NCBI GenBank assembly: GCA_012842395.1
Contig: DUSX01000018.1
Location: 62,116 to 126,115, forward strand
Source: Bacillota bacterium
Lineage (GTDB): Bacteria; Bacillota; SHA-98; UBA4971
DNA: 64,000 nt
Reading direction: 5' to 3'
A model generated the notes under the pieces. It was not told the origin of the DNA and ran no database searches. It saw nothing but the letters and a program-made list of their open reading frames with translations. Shown piece by piece: positions 1 through 9,286 of this stretch (position 1 is the first letter of the stretch; the number at the start of each line of letters is the position of its first letter). Both the position numbers and the translations under genes were made by a program.

Positions 1-16
1 CGGCCAGCCGATTGCA

Positions 17-328
17 ATGAACTGGGAGCGTGCGGAGGATGGGCCGGAGCGGCTGCGGGGCGCGGCGCTTCGAGCCATCGACCGGGCCATTGAGGCCCGA
101 TGCCCGCGTCGAAACCCAGGTATCGTCGAGCTTTACGAGCGTTTTCTGGGCGAGCCGGGCGGGAGCCGCGCGAAAGAGCTCCTGCACGACCCGGTGCGTC
201 TTTCAGCGCAACTTCGCACTTCACATCGAAGCGCCGGCGACTCTCGCGCGGAGGGCACGCCGGCGGCTGCCGAGGGATCGGGCGGGACGGGCGCCTCGGT
301 CAAACCCGCGGAAGGAGGTGCGCGGTGA
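17..328 (+). CDS. Hypothetical protein, probably the 3' part of a gene that begins upstream of the window
   Basis: The reading frame is open back to base 1. The stop codon (326-328) lies one base before the ATG of the ferredoxin gene at 330, which suggests translational coupling. No recognisable motif. Confidence 0.3.
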   Translation: MNWERAEDGPERLRGAALRAIDRAIEARCPRRNPGIVELYERFLGEPGGSRAKELLHDPVRLSAQLRTSHRSAGDSRAEGTPAAAEGSGGTGASVKPAEGGAR

Positions 329-329
329 A

Positions 330-767
330 ATGGCTTCAAGGTATGAAACGCTCGACCTGCTGACCCGCGGGAACGACATGGACATCCGGGTGTTCGAGCC
401 CACGAAGTGCACCGGGTGTAGGAACTGTGAGCTTGCGTGCTCCATAGCGCACTTCGGTGCGTTTAACCCGAAGCGGGCTCGCATACGAGTGCTCCGGCGC
501 GGATGTGCCGAGGAGCTTCACGTGTGCAACCACTGCAACGAGCATCCTTGCGTCGCGGCATGCAGGAGGGGGGCACTTACGTGGGACGACGGGGAGGTAT
601 TCGTGGACGAGGCCGCATGCGACCTGTGCGGCGACTGCGTCACCGCGTGCCCGTCCGGCGGGATTCGCGTGTTCGATGGCGACCTTCTTGTCTGCGACCT
701 CTGCCACGGCGATCCTATGTGCGTGAAGTTCTGCACTACCGGGGCCCTTGTCCTGAAAGCGAGGTGA
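330..767 (+). CDS. 4Fe-4S polyferredoxin, AOR-associated electron-transfer subunit
   Basis: Four CxxCxxCxxxC(P) cluster motifs (CTGCRNCELAC, CNHCNEHPCVAAC, CDLCGDCVTACP, CDLCHGDPMCVKFC). GGAGG RBS at 314-318. In frame with track ORF 30..767. Sits immediately upstream of AOR. Confidence 0.8.
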   Translation: MASRYETLDLLTRGNDMDIRVFEPTKCTGCRNCELACSIAHFGAFNPKRARIRVLRRGCAEELHVCNHCNEHPCVAACRRGALTWDDGEVFVDEAACDLCGDCVTACPSGGIRVFDGDLLVCDLCHGDPMCVKFCTTGALVLKAR

Positions 768-773
768 AGGCGG

Positions 774-2612
774 GTGTCGTACATGGATAGGTTGCTGTGG
801 GTTGACCTTGCCGCTGGTCGAACGCGCAAGACCAGGGTGCCGGAGGAATGGAAGTCTTGCTACCTTGGAGGCCGCGGGTTTACTTCCAGAGTGCTTTACG
901 ACCTTGTAGATGCCCACGTCGACCCTCTGTCGCCGGAGAATGTGCTGACCGTCGCCACGGGCCCGTTGGACGGGACTCTGTCGCCCTCATCCGGCAGGTT
1001 CACCGTGGGCTGCAAGTCGCCCCTCACGGGGCTCCTCGGGGATGCCAACTCCGGCGGGCATTTCGGCCCTGAGCTCCGGTTCGCCGGCTACGACGCCGTC
1101 ATCATCCAGGGCAGGGCAAGGGGTCCGGTCTACCTGCTCATCGATGATGACCACGTGGAGCTGCGCGATGCGTCTCACCTTTGGGGACGAGGCGTGTTCG
1201 ATACGGTCAGTGCCCTCGAGAAGGCGCACGGGAGCGATGTCAAGGTGATCGCCATCGGCCAGGCCGGCGAGAACCTCGTTCCGTACGCGAACATCATGGC
1301 GGCGGGCCACAACGCTGCGGGCCGCACTGGCGTGGGGGCGGTCATGGGCTCCAAGAACCTCAAGGCGATTGCGGTGCGCGGGTCGCGCGACATCCCAGTG
1401 GCAGATGACGAGAGGTTCCTCGCAAAGGTCCGTGAATGCCACAGGAAGCTCATAGCGGACCCGACCTACGCTGACTTTTCCGAGTACGGAACGCTGATCC
1501 TCGTGGACATCGCCCAGGCGAGCGGCGGGCTCTCCACGAGAAACGGGCAGCTTGGCCTATTCGAGCACTACGAGGACATCTCCAGCCACGTGTACCAGGA
1601 CACCTACAAGCTCGCCTCCAAGGCATGCTTCTCGTGCATCCTCCACTGCAAGAACTACGCCCGTGTCGCGTCGGGGCCGTATCAGTGCGAGAATATGGGC
1701 CCGGAGTACGAGACCATGGTTACGTTAGGGAGCAGAGTAGGCGTTGGATCCCTCGCGGCCATTCTCAAGGCCAACCAGCTCGCCAACGACTACGGGCTCG
1801 ACACCATATCCGCCGGCACGAGCATCGCGTTCCTCATGGAGTGCTCGCAGCGCGGCCTCATCGACGAGAGATACGAGTGGGGCGACGCGGACTTCGTCAT
1901 CGATTGCCTGCGCAAGATCGCGTATCGCGACGGCATCGGGGCTTTCCTCGCAAAGGGCGTGAAGGCCATGTCGCGCGAGATCCCCGGCAGCGAAGGGTTC
2001 GCTCTTCACGTCAAGGGCCTGGAGCTTCCGGCGTTCGACGTGCGAACCGGCAAGGGCTTTGCGCTCGGCGAGGCCGTGGCGAGCAGGGGTGGAGATCACC
2101 TGCGGGCCCTCCCCAACTTTGAGCTCCTCAGCAAGACCAGGGAGGAAGGGATCCGCTGGTTCGGGAGCCCTGACTGTGTGGACCCGTATACCGAGAACGG
2201 CAAGGTCCCGATGGTCATTTGGCACGAGAACTACGGCGCAGTGTGCGACTCGGCGGAGATATGCAAGTACTGCACGTTTGCAACTTACGCCGTCATGCCT
2301 AAAGATGTTGCGGACCTCCTGACATTTGCGACGGGGCGGGCCTACTCTGAGACAGACCTCCTTACGATAGGCGAGAGGATCGTTAATGTGGAGAGAGTCT
2401 TCAACCTGCGATGCGGTATGACGCCGGATGACGATACCCTTCCCAAGCGTTTTCTGACTGAGGGCCTCGCCGAAGGGCCCGCGAAAGATGTGACGGTGGA
2501 CCTCGGGAGGATGCTCCCCGAGTACTATTCCAGACGCGGGTGGACTCTTGACGGCGTGCCCACCCGAGAGAAGATCGAGGCGCTCGGGATAGAAGTGAAA
2601 GGAGTGGCGTAG
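774..2612 (+). CDS. aor: Tungsten-containing aldehyde:ferredoxin oxidoreductase (AOR family)
   Basis: 612 aa with AOR-family N-terminal domain (RLLWVDL...YLGGRGF) and overall AOR-like architecture. Adjacent to a polyferredoxin gene. Confidence 0.85.
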   Translation: MSYMDRLLWVDLAAGRTRKTRVPEEWKSCYLGGRGFTSRVLYDLVDAHVDPLSPENVLTVATGPLDGTLSPSSGRFTVGCKSPLTGLLGDANSGGHFGPELRFAGYDAVIIQGRARGPVYLLIDDDHVELRDASHLWGRGVFDTVSALEKAHGSDVKVIAIGQAGENLVPYANIMAAGHNAAGRTGVGAVMGSKNLKAIAVRGSRDIPVADDERFLAKVRECHRKLIADPTYADFSEYGTLILVDIAQASGGLSTRNGQLGLFEHYEDISSHVYQDTYKLASKACFSCILHCKNYARVASGPYQCENMGPEYETMVTLGSRVGVGSLAAILKANQLANDYGLDTISAGTSIAFLMECSQRGLIDERYEWGDADFVIDCLRKIAYRDGIGAFLAKGVKAMSREIPGSEGFALHVKGLELPAFDVRTGKGFALGEAVASRGGDHLRALPNFELLSKTREEGIRWFGSPDCVDPYTENGKVPMVIWHENYGAVCDSAEICKYCTFATYAVMPKDVADLLTFATGRAYSETDLLTIGERIVNVERVFNLRCGMTPDDDTLPKRFLTEGLAEGPAKDVTVDLGRMLPEYYSRRGWTLDGVPTREKIEALGIEVKGVA

Positions 2613-4112
2613 GTGGCGAAGATCCTCATCCGCGGCGGAACCGTAGTCACCATGAACAACAGGGGAGAAGTGCTGGAGGGCGCGGACGTCCTCATCGATG
2701 GGCGGAGGATAGCCGAGGTGGTCTGGCCTGGGTCGACCAGCAGGGGGCGGCGGCGTCCGAATGATGAGGATGACGCAGGGGGACCGGGCCCAGATCGGGA
2801 TGCGCCCGGCGGTCTCGGGGTGGGTCCGCCAGGCATTGCCCGGGACGAGGAATGCGGGTCGAGCGCACGTTACGCAGGATTTCACGAGCTCCCCGCGGGC
2901 GGCCACAGGCATGATGTGGACATGATCATAGACGCTTCGGGCAAGATCGTGCTGCCGGGCTTCGTCCAGGCGCATGTTCACCTCTGTCAAACGCTCTTTC
3001 GGGGCCAAGCGGACGACCTTGAGCTCCTAGACTGGCTCAAGAAACGCGTTTGGCCGCTCGAGGGCGCGCACGATGAGGAGAGCGTCTATTGGTCCGCGAT
3101 GCTCGGCATAGCCGAGCTCATAAAGGGTGGAACCACGTCTATCATTGACATGGAGACGGTGCACCACACCGAGAGCGCATTCTGGGCGATCGACTCGTCG
3201 GGCATCCGGGCCGCGTCCGGGAAGGTAATGATGGATTACGGCTCCGACGTGCCCGCGAGCCTCAAGGAGTCCACCCCGGATTCGCTCCGTGAGAGCGAGG
3301 CGCTGCTCGAGCGGTGGCACATGCATGACGACGGCAGGATCCGCTACGCTTTTGCACCCAGGTTTGTCGTGTCCTGCTCGGACGAGCTTCTCGTTCGAGT
3401 TCGCGACATGGCGAGGGCCGCAGGCGTGCTCGTCCACACCCACGCGTCGGAGAATCGCGGCGAGGTGGCGCTCGTGCAGCAAGACAGGGGCATGCGCAAC
3501 GTTGTTTGCCTTCGCGAGCTCGGGCTAGTTGGCCCGAACCTCGTCCTCGCTCACTGCGTCTGGCTGGACGAAGAGGAGATGGCGATCCTGCGCGACTCCG
3601 GCACGAAAGTGGTTCACTGCCCGTCGTCCAATCTCAAGTTGGCATCAGGGATCGCGAGGGTGCCCGAGATGCTCGAGATGGGAATGTTCGTATCGATGGG
3701 GGCGGATGGAGCGCCGTGCAACAACAACCTCGATATGTTTCGGGAGATGCGGCACGCAGCGCTCATTCAGAAAGTGCGTCTCGGGCCCACCGCGCTTCCT
3801 GCTCGGGCGGTATTGGAGATGGCGACGATGGGCGGCGCGCGCGCAATGGGTCTGGAGGATGAGATCGGCAGCATCGAGCCTGGGAAGCGCGCGGATATCG
3901 TGATCGTCGACCTCCACGCGCCCCACGCGGTCCCGGCAGATGGTGTGGACGTGATGGCCCGCATTGTATATGAGGCCAACGCGTCCGACGTGGAGACCAC
4001 CATCGTCGATGGACGAATCCTCATGTACGGGAGGAAACTCCTCGCCTTTAACGAAGATGAAGTGATACGTGAGGCTTCAAAGGCGCTCCGGCGGGTGGTG
4101 CGGAGATGTTGA
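2613..4112 (+). CDS. Amidohydrolase of the MtaD/SsnA (5-methylthioadenosine/S-adenosylhomocysteine deaminase-like) family, with an approximately 60-aa low-complexity insertion
   Basis: N-terminus KILIRGGTVVTMN. Metal-binding region PGFVQAHVHLCQTLFRG. C-terminal motifs HCPSSNLKLASG and GADGAPCNNNLD. A G/P/R/D-rich insert lies between RRIAEV and DVDMIIDASGK. Confidence 0.7.
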   Translation: MAKILIRGGTVVTMNNRGEVLEGADVLIDGRRIAEVVWPGSTSRGRRRPNDEDDAGGPGPDRDAPGGLGVGPPGIARDEECGSSARYAGFHELPAGGHRHDVDMIIDASGKIVLPGFVQAHVHLCQTLFRGQADDLELLDWLKKRVWPLEGAHDEESVYWSAMLGIAELIKGGTTSIIDMETVHHTESAFWAIDSSGIRAASGKVMMDYGSDVPASLKESTPDSLRESEALLERWHMHDDGRIRYAFAPRFVVSCSDELLVRVRDMARAAGVLVHTHASENRGEVALVQQDRGMRNVVCLRELGLVGPNLVLAHCVWLDEEEMAILRDSGTKVVHCPSSNLKLASGIARVPEMLEMGMFVSMGADGAPCNNNLDMFREMRHAALIQKVRLGPTALPARAVLEMATMGGARAMGLEDEIGSIEPGKRADIVIVDLHAPHAVPADGVDVMARIVYEANASDVETTIVDGRILMYGRKLLAFNEDEVIREASKALRRVVRRC

Positions 4113-4909
4113 CTGATGAGGAGAGAATGCGGTATTCCAGACAGCTTGTGCTCCCCGAGATCGGTGAGGCTGGTCAGGAGCGGCTACGGGCTGCTAAGGT
4201 GCTGGTGGTGGGGGCCGGGGGCTTGGGGTCTCCAGCAGCGATGTATCTCGCAGCAGCCGGGGTGGGGACGCTGGGACTGGTGGATCCCGACGTGGTTGAT
4301 GTCTCCAATTTGCAGAGACAGATCCTTCACGGCGTCAACCACCTGGGCCTCGCAAAGGTCGAGTCGGCCAGGCGTGCAATCGGGCGATTGAACCCGAGCG
4401 TTCACGTGGTTCCCTGCCGCATGAGCCTCAACGCCGAGAACGCATCCCAGATCATTGGGGCGTACGACCTTGTGCTGGACGCCGTGGACAACCTCGAGAC
4501 GAGATACGTGGTGAACGACGCGTGCGTGAGGGCCGGCAAGCCTCTGATAGAGGCGGGGGTGCTGAGGTTCGACGGCATGGTGCTCACGATCATCCCGGGC
4601 AAGGGGCCGTGCTATCGGTGCCTGTTCCCTGCGCCTCCACCGCCCGGCACAGTGCCGTCGCCGAGAGAAGCGGGGATCCTCGGCGCGGTGCCCGGGGTCA
4701 TTGGCAGCATCGAGGCACTCGAAGCGCTCAAGATCATCCTTGGTATAGGGCAGACCCTGGTGGGACGGCTGCTTTTGTTTGATGGGCTCGCCATGACGTG
4801 GCGGGAGGTGAGCGCCGCACGCGACCCCAACTGCCCCGCATGCGGCAGCGGCAAAGCGCCTGCTGATTCCGACGGGGGGCGCGGCGGGTCGGAGATTCCT
4901 TTGGAGTGA
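4106..4909 (+). CDS. MoeB/ThiF-family adenylyltransferase (molybdopterin/tungstopterin synthase sulfurylase-like)
   Basis: RYSRQLVLPEIGEAGQERL and the GAGGLGSP nucleotide loop. C-terminal CxxC...CPAC motif. The start overlaps the upstream stop in an ATGTTGA arrangement. Confidence 0.8.
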   Translation: MLTDEERMRYSRQLVLPEIGEAGQERLRAAKVLVVGAGGLGSPAAMYLAAAGVGTLGLVDPDVVDVSNLQRQILHGVNHLGLAKVESARRAIGRLNPSVHVVPCRMSLNAENASQIIGAYDLVLDAVDNLETRYVVNDACVRAGKPLIEAGVLRFDGMVLTIIPGKGPCYRCLFPAPPPPGTVPSPREAGILGAVPGVIGSIEALEALKIILGIGQTLVGRLLLFDGLAMTWREVSAARDPNCPACGSGKAPADSDGGRGGSEIPLE

Positions 4910-4915
4910 TGCCGC

Positions 4916-5905
4916 ATGAGCATGAGTACCACGAGGACAGGGAGGGAAAGGGGGGCGCGGGCTTCAGCAGGGCCTCGGCTAGGCGCGTGCGAGCGGCCTT
5001 GGATTCCGCCATGGGTTGCCATCGGCATAGGCGTTGTCGCGGTCTCGTTCGCGTCGGTCTTCGTGCGGCTGTCGTCGGCGCCTCCTCTAGTCATAGCCAC
5101 ATGGAGAATGGGTCTTGCAACGCTCATGTTGGCGCCGTTTGCGCTTGTGGGCGCAAGGCACGAAGTGTTGGCCATGAGGCGCACGGACTTCGTTCTATCG
5201 CTATTTGCGGGCGGCTTTCTCGCGGTGCATTTCGGGGCGTGGATGACCTCCCTTTCCCTCACGTCCGTCGCTAGCTCGGCGGTGCTGGTGGAGACGCATC
5301 CCCTCTTCGTGATGCTCGCAAGTCGCATCATCTTCGGCGAGAGGACCTCCGGGTGGGCAGTAGCCGGTGCGGTGAGCGCTGTAGCCGGGTCCGCCGTCAT
5401 CGGTCTCGGCGACTCGGTCGGCGGAGGATCCGTGCTCCTGGGCGACCTTCTCGCCGTGCTTTCGGCGCTCATGTTCGCCTGTTACGCCCTAGTGGGCCGG
5501 GGCGTGAGACAGAGGCTTTCGGTGGTGCCGTACGCCTTCGTCGCGTACGGCACATGCACCGTCATCCTTGCACTGACGTGCGCTGTCCGAGGTCTGCGCC
5601 TTCATCCCTACCCGGTCCGCGACTACATGCTCTTTCTCGCTCTCGCGGCGGTTCCCACGATCCTCGGGCATACCGTGTTCAATTGGGCCCTCCGCTATGT
5701 GAGCGCGTCCGTGATATCCGTGAGCGTGCTGGGCGAGCCCGTGGGCGCGACCTTGCTCGCGATGACGCTGCTGAAAGAGACGCCCCCTGCCACCGCAGTG
5801 GCGGGAGGCGCTCTCGTGGTCTCTGGAATAGCTGTCTTTACCCTGTTTTCCGCCCGGGCGGGCGGCAAGGCTCGCCCGGCGGCAGCACACGGCGGCACCG
5901 GGTGA
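4916..5905 (+). CDS. EamA/DMT-family membrane transporter
   Basis: Multiple hydrophobic helices in a duplicated EamA-like arrangement. The true start is probably downstream of the G/R-rich N-terminus. Confidence 0.65.
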   Translation: MSMSTTRTGRERGARASAGPRLGACERPWIPPWVAIGIGVVAVSFASVFVRLSSAPPLVIATWRMGLATLMLAPFALVGARHEVLAMRRTDFVLSLFAGGFLAVHFGAWMTSLSLTSVASSAVLVETHPLFVMLASRIIFGERTSGWAVAGAVSAVAGSAVIGLGDSVGGGSVLLGDLLAVLSALMFACYALVGRGVRQRLSVVPYAFVAYGTCTVILALTCAVRGLRLHPYPVRDYMLFLALAAVPTILGHTVFNWALRYVSASVISVSVLGEPVGATLLAMTLLKETPPATAVAGGALVVSGIAVFTLFSARAGGKARPAAAHGGTG

Positions 5906-5959
5906 GCGTCGGCTGCGTGTGGCTGCGTTGGTGCCCGCTAAGTGTGTGTGGCTCGCGGC

Positions 5960-7042
5960 CTAGCCCGCCAACCGGTAGAGGCTCTCGCAGACCGCGTCGC
6001 CCACCTCGCAGGTGGTAGCTGTTCCCCCGAGGTCGAACGGCTTTGGCGCGTCCTCGAGGAGGGTGCGTTCGACGGCGGATATGACAAGCGCGCCCATGTC
6101 CTCGTATCCCAGGAAGTCCAGCATCATGGCTGCCGCCCATATGGTTGCGACGGGGTTGGCGATTCCCTTGCCCGCGATGTCGGGAGCTGAGCCGTGGATG
6201 GGCTCGAACATAGACGGGTATTTCTTTTCTGGGTTGAGATTCGCCCCGGCCGCAAGACCGATGCTGCCTTGGATCGCTGCACCCTCGTCCGTGAGGATGT
6301 CCCCGAAAAGGTTCGTCGCGACGACTACGTCGAACCACTCAGGCCTTGTGATCACGTACATGGCCGCCGCGTCCACGTGAACCTGAACAGCCTCGATGTC
6401 CGGGTAGTCCTTGGCCACGGCGTGGAACACTTCGTCCCAGAACACCATGCTGTAGTTGCACGCGTTGGACTTCGTCACGGACACGACGCGTTTTGCCTTC
6501 TGTCTTTTCCTCGCCAGGTCAAAGGCATATCTCATGATCCGTTCCGTTCCGTGGCGGGTGAAAACGTTGCTCTGGATTGCCACCTCGAACGGCGTTCCGA
6601 TGTGGACCCTGCCTCCGACTCCGGAGTACTCCCCCTCGGTATTCTCGCGGACGACCACGAAATCGATATCCTCCGGGCCCTTGCCTATCAGTCGCCCGGG
6701 CACGCCGCGGAGCAGTTTGATGGGTCGTAAGTTCACATACTGGTCGAAGGATTTACGGATGGGGAGCAACAGGCCCCAAAGGGAGATATGGTCCGGAACC
6801 AGCCCGGGTGCCCCGACCGCGCCCAAGAGTATGGCCTGATGATCTCGAAGCGCGTCAAGGCCATGTTCATCCATCATGCGGCCGTGCTTTAGGTAGTACT
6901 GGCAACCCCAGGCGAATTCCGTGAAGCTGAAAGTGAGCCCGCCATGCACTTCCGCGGCCACCCTGAGCACTTTGACCGCCTCCGCGGTTACCTCGGGCCC
7001 TATTCCGTCACCAGGAACCACAGCGACGCTTATTGTGTCCAT
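5960..7042 (-). CDS. D-malate/tartrate dehydrogenase (decarboxylating), isocitrate/isopropylmalate dehydrogenase family (DmlA/TtuC-like)
   Basis: 360 aa, near-colinear with E. coli DmlA/TtuC as recalled: VPGDGIGPEV, DQYVNLRP, VRENTEGEYS, NLFGDILTD, FEPIHGSAPDIAGKGIANP. Confidence 0.8.
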   Translation of the reverse strand: MDTISVAVVPGDGIGPEVTAEAVKVLRVAAEVHGGLTFSFTEFAWGCQYYLKHGRMMDEHGLDALRDHQAILLGAVGAPGLVPDHISLWGLLLPIRKSFDQYVNLRPIKLLRGVPGRLIGKGPEDIDFVVVRENTEGEYSGVGGRVHIGTPFEVAIQSNVFTRHGTERIMRYAFDLARKRQKAKRVVSVTKSNACNYSMVFWDEVFHAVAKDYPDIEAVQVHVDAAAMYVITRPEWFDVVVATNLFGDILTDEGAAIQGSIGLAAGANLNPEKKYPSMFEPIHGSAPDIAGKGIANPVATIWAAAMMLDFLGYEDMGALVISAVERTLLEDAPKPFDLGGTATTCEVGDAVCESLYRLAG

Positions 7043-7131
7043 GATAACAGTCCTCCAGACGTGTTTCCACTGGTTTCACGTGTGACGTGGGCGGCCTTCC
7101 CAGGAGGCCTGCCGCCCTGCGCGTGCCGCCG

Positions 7132-7572
7132 TCAGAAGAGAAACCCGCGCGGCAGCGGGACATCCAGCAAGCTCGCGAACACCACATAGAAGACACCGAT
7201 CTCGGCCGCAACCACGAGGAGCGACACCGCGAGCGCGCCCGGCTGTCGCACCCTGATGTCGACGAACGCGGCAAAGATCGTGGATACGAGCACGCTAGCC
7301 ACGTAGAACCCCGCGACCGGGATGAGGATGAGCCACAGTACCATCAGCCCCACAGCCGCTCCCAGGGTTCGCATGTTCGGGAGTTTGAAGGGCTTCCCCG
7401 AGCCTTTCGCCGACCCAGAAATCACGAGCAACCCAATGGACATTACAACTGTAAGGGCCAGAACCCATTCCGGAAACAAGGCGTCGAGGTCGGGAAGACC
7501 CCGGAGTTGCACCCCGAACACCAATGCCAGGACAAGCACGAAGAGAGCGGAGATGCGATCAACGGTCAGCAT
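7132..7572 (-). CDS. tctB: Tripartite tricarboxylate transporter small membrane subunit TctB
   Basis: 146-aa hydrophobic protein directly downstream of tctA and overlapping its stop. Typical TctB size and position. Confidence 0.6.
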   Translation of the reverse strand: MLTVDRISALFVLVLALVFGVQLRGLPDLDALFPEWVLALTVVMSIGLLVISGSAKGSGKPFKLPNMRTLGAAVGLMVLWLILIPVAGFYVASVLVSTIFAAFVDIRVRQPGALAVSLLVVAAEIGVFYVVFASLLDVPLPRGFLF

Positions 7573-9091
7573 AAGCGCCCCCCTTCCTGCGGCGGGCCGT
7601 GGACGAGGACAGGTACGGCCACGCGAACGACACCAGGGTCATGAGGATGAGGATGATGGAAATGGGGCTCCTCACGAATATGAGCCACGGGAACTGCCAT
7701 GCCCTCGAGATGAGGAGCGACTGCAGGAGGCCCTCCTCGATGATCGGTCCGAGGATGAGTCCAAGAACGATAGGTGCCGCGTTGAAATCGAGCTCCTTAA
7801 GGATGTATCCTATGATCCCACAGCCGAGCATCACCCACACATCGGCCATGTTGTTCCTGATCGCGTACGATCCGATGATGCTCAGAAAGATGATGGATGG
7901 TGCCAGAAACCTCAGGGGCGCGCGCGACACGAGCCTGTGGAGAGCTGTGCCCAAGGCAAGGCCTACCACCATCATCATGAGGGTGGCGACGAAAAGCGAG
8001 AAGATGAACCCGTAGGTGATGTCGGCGTGCACACTGAAGAGCTCCGGCCCTGGCCGGAGGCCTTGTAGCAACAGGCCACCGTATATCACGGCATCGACGG
8101 GTGTGCCTGGGACTCCCAGGGTAAGGAGGGGCACCAGCCCACCTCCGATGGTGGCGTTGTTGGACGTTTCGGTGGCGATGACGCCGTCAATGATCCCGGT
8201 GCCGAACTTCTCAGGGTACTTCGAGGCGCGTACGGCTTCATTGTAAGCGATGAGGTTGGCAATGTTCCCGCCCGCACCGGGTATGATCCCGACGATCGTC
8301 CCGATGACGCTGGAGCGCAGGAGGTTTCCTGGCTGGCTGAGCACCTTGCGTATGGTTGACATGATGACGCCCCTCTGTCTCACCAAGCGCACAGCCTCAT
8401 AGGCCTGCGCCCCCTGGAGCACAAGGGACAGCACCTCCGGTATGCAGAACAGCCCTATGAGGGCACACACTAGTTGTACCCCGCCTTGTAGGGCTGGCTC
8501 CCCGAACGTGAGCCTAACGTTTCCCCCGACCGGGCTGATGCCGATCATGCTTATCAGTAGACCGACCGCCCCGCCAATGAGGCCCTTGAGGATCGACTTC
8601 GATGCCAGGCTCGCTATGATGCTCAGGCCGAACACGCCGACCCAGAAGTATTCCGGGGGCCCGAAACGAAGAGCAATCCGTGCTAAGGGCGGCGCCAGGA
8701 ACGCAAGCACCGCCACTCCGAAGAGCCCGCCGATGACCGAGGATACCGTGGCAACCACTATGGCTTCTTGGCCTCTCCCGGCCTTCGCCATCGGGTACCC
8801 GTCGAAGCATGTACCAATGGAAGAAGGCGTCCCAGGGGTGTTGATGAGTATCGCGGAGAAGCTGCCGCCGTATATTGCAGACATATAGATGGCGCCCATG
8901 ACCACGAGGCCAGTGAGTGGCGGCATGACGAACGTAAACGGGATCACAAGCGCTACAGCCATCGTGGCTGTGAGGCCTGGCAGTGCGCCTGCGATGAGGC
9001 CGGCCACTGTGCCTACGAGCATCAACAAGAGATTGCCCGGCGAAAGCACCTGCGTTATCCCAGACACCAAGGCGTCCATTCGCATCACCAT
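7559..9091 (-). CDS. tctA: Tripartite tricarboxylate transporter large permease TctA
   Basis: 510-aa polytopic protein. N-terminal ALPGLTATMAVALVIP and NTPGTPSS motifs typical of TctA. Confidence 0.85.
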   Translation of the reverse strand: MVMRMDALVSGITQVLSPGNLLLMLVGTVAGLIAGALPGLTATMAVALVIPFTFVMPPLTGLVVMGAIYMSAIYGGSFSAILINTPGTPSSIGTCFDGYPMAKAGRGQEAIVVATVSSVIGGLFGVAVLAFLAPPLARIALRFGPPEYFWVGVFGLSIIASLASKSILKGLIGGAVGLLISMIGISPVGGNVRLTFGEPALQGGVQLVCALIGLFCIPEVLSLVLQGAQAYEAVRLVRQRGVIMSTIRKVLSQPGNLLRSSVIGTIVGIIPGAGGNIANLIAYNEAVRASKYPEKFGTGIIDGVIATETSNNATIGGGLVPLLTLGVPGTPVDAVIYGGLLLQGLRPGPELFSVHADITYGFIFSLFVATLMMMVVGLALGTALHRLVSRAPLRFLAPSIIFLSIIGSYAIRNNMADVWVMLGCGIIGYILKELDFNAAPIVLGLILGPIIEEGLLQSLLISRAWQFPWLIFVRSPISIILILMTLVSFAWPYLSSSTARRRKGGAYADR

Positions 9092-9286
9092 CCTTGCTCA
9101 GTCGACTTGTGACTTGGCCTGCGCCGCAGGCCGGCTGGCCCGTGACCTAGTGTGCGAGAGCAGCGGGGTCGGGGCGGCACGGAGTCCGAGATTCCGCTCC
9201 AACCCCGCGCGCACAGTTCCGGCTACGCCGTCCGGCTACGCCGGTTAGGGTACGCCTGATTCGGCATGTCCAGCGGTACCTGATGC

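Noticed and set aside
336-917. Long antisense ORFs overlapping conserved genes (336..917-, 1725..3008-, 4612..5472-, 34453..36171- of 572 aa, 44906..45848-, 56459..57412-, 57406..58230-, and many others in the track)
   Set aside because: In a genome with about two-thirds G+C, stop codons are rare in every frame. These ORFs overlap well-supported genes on the opposite strand or in another frame, and they encode Arg/Pro/Gly/Ala-rich low-complexity sequence with no motifs.
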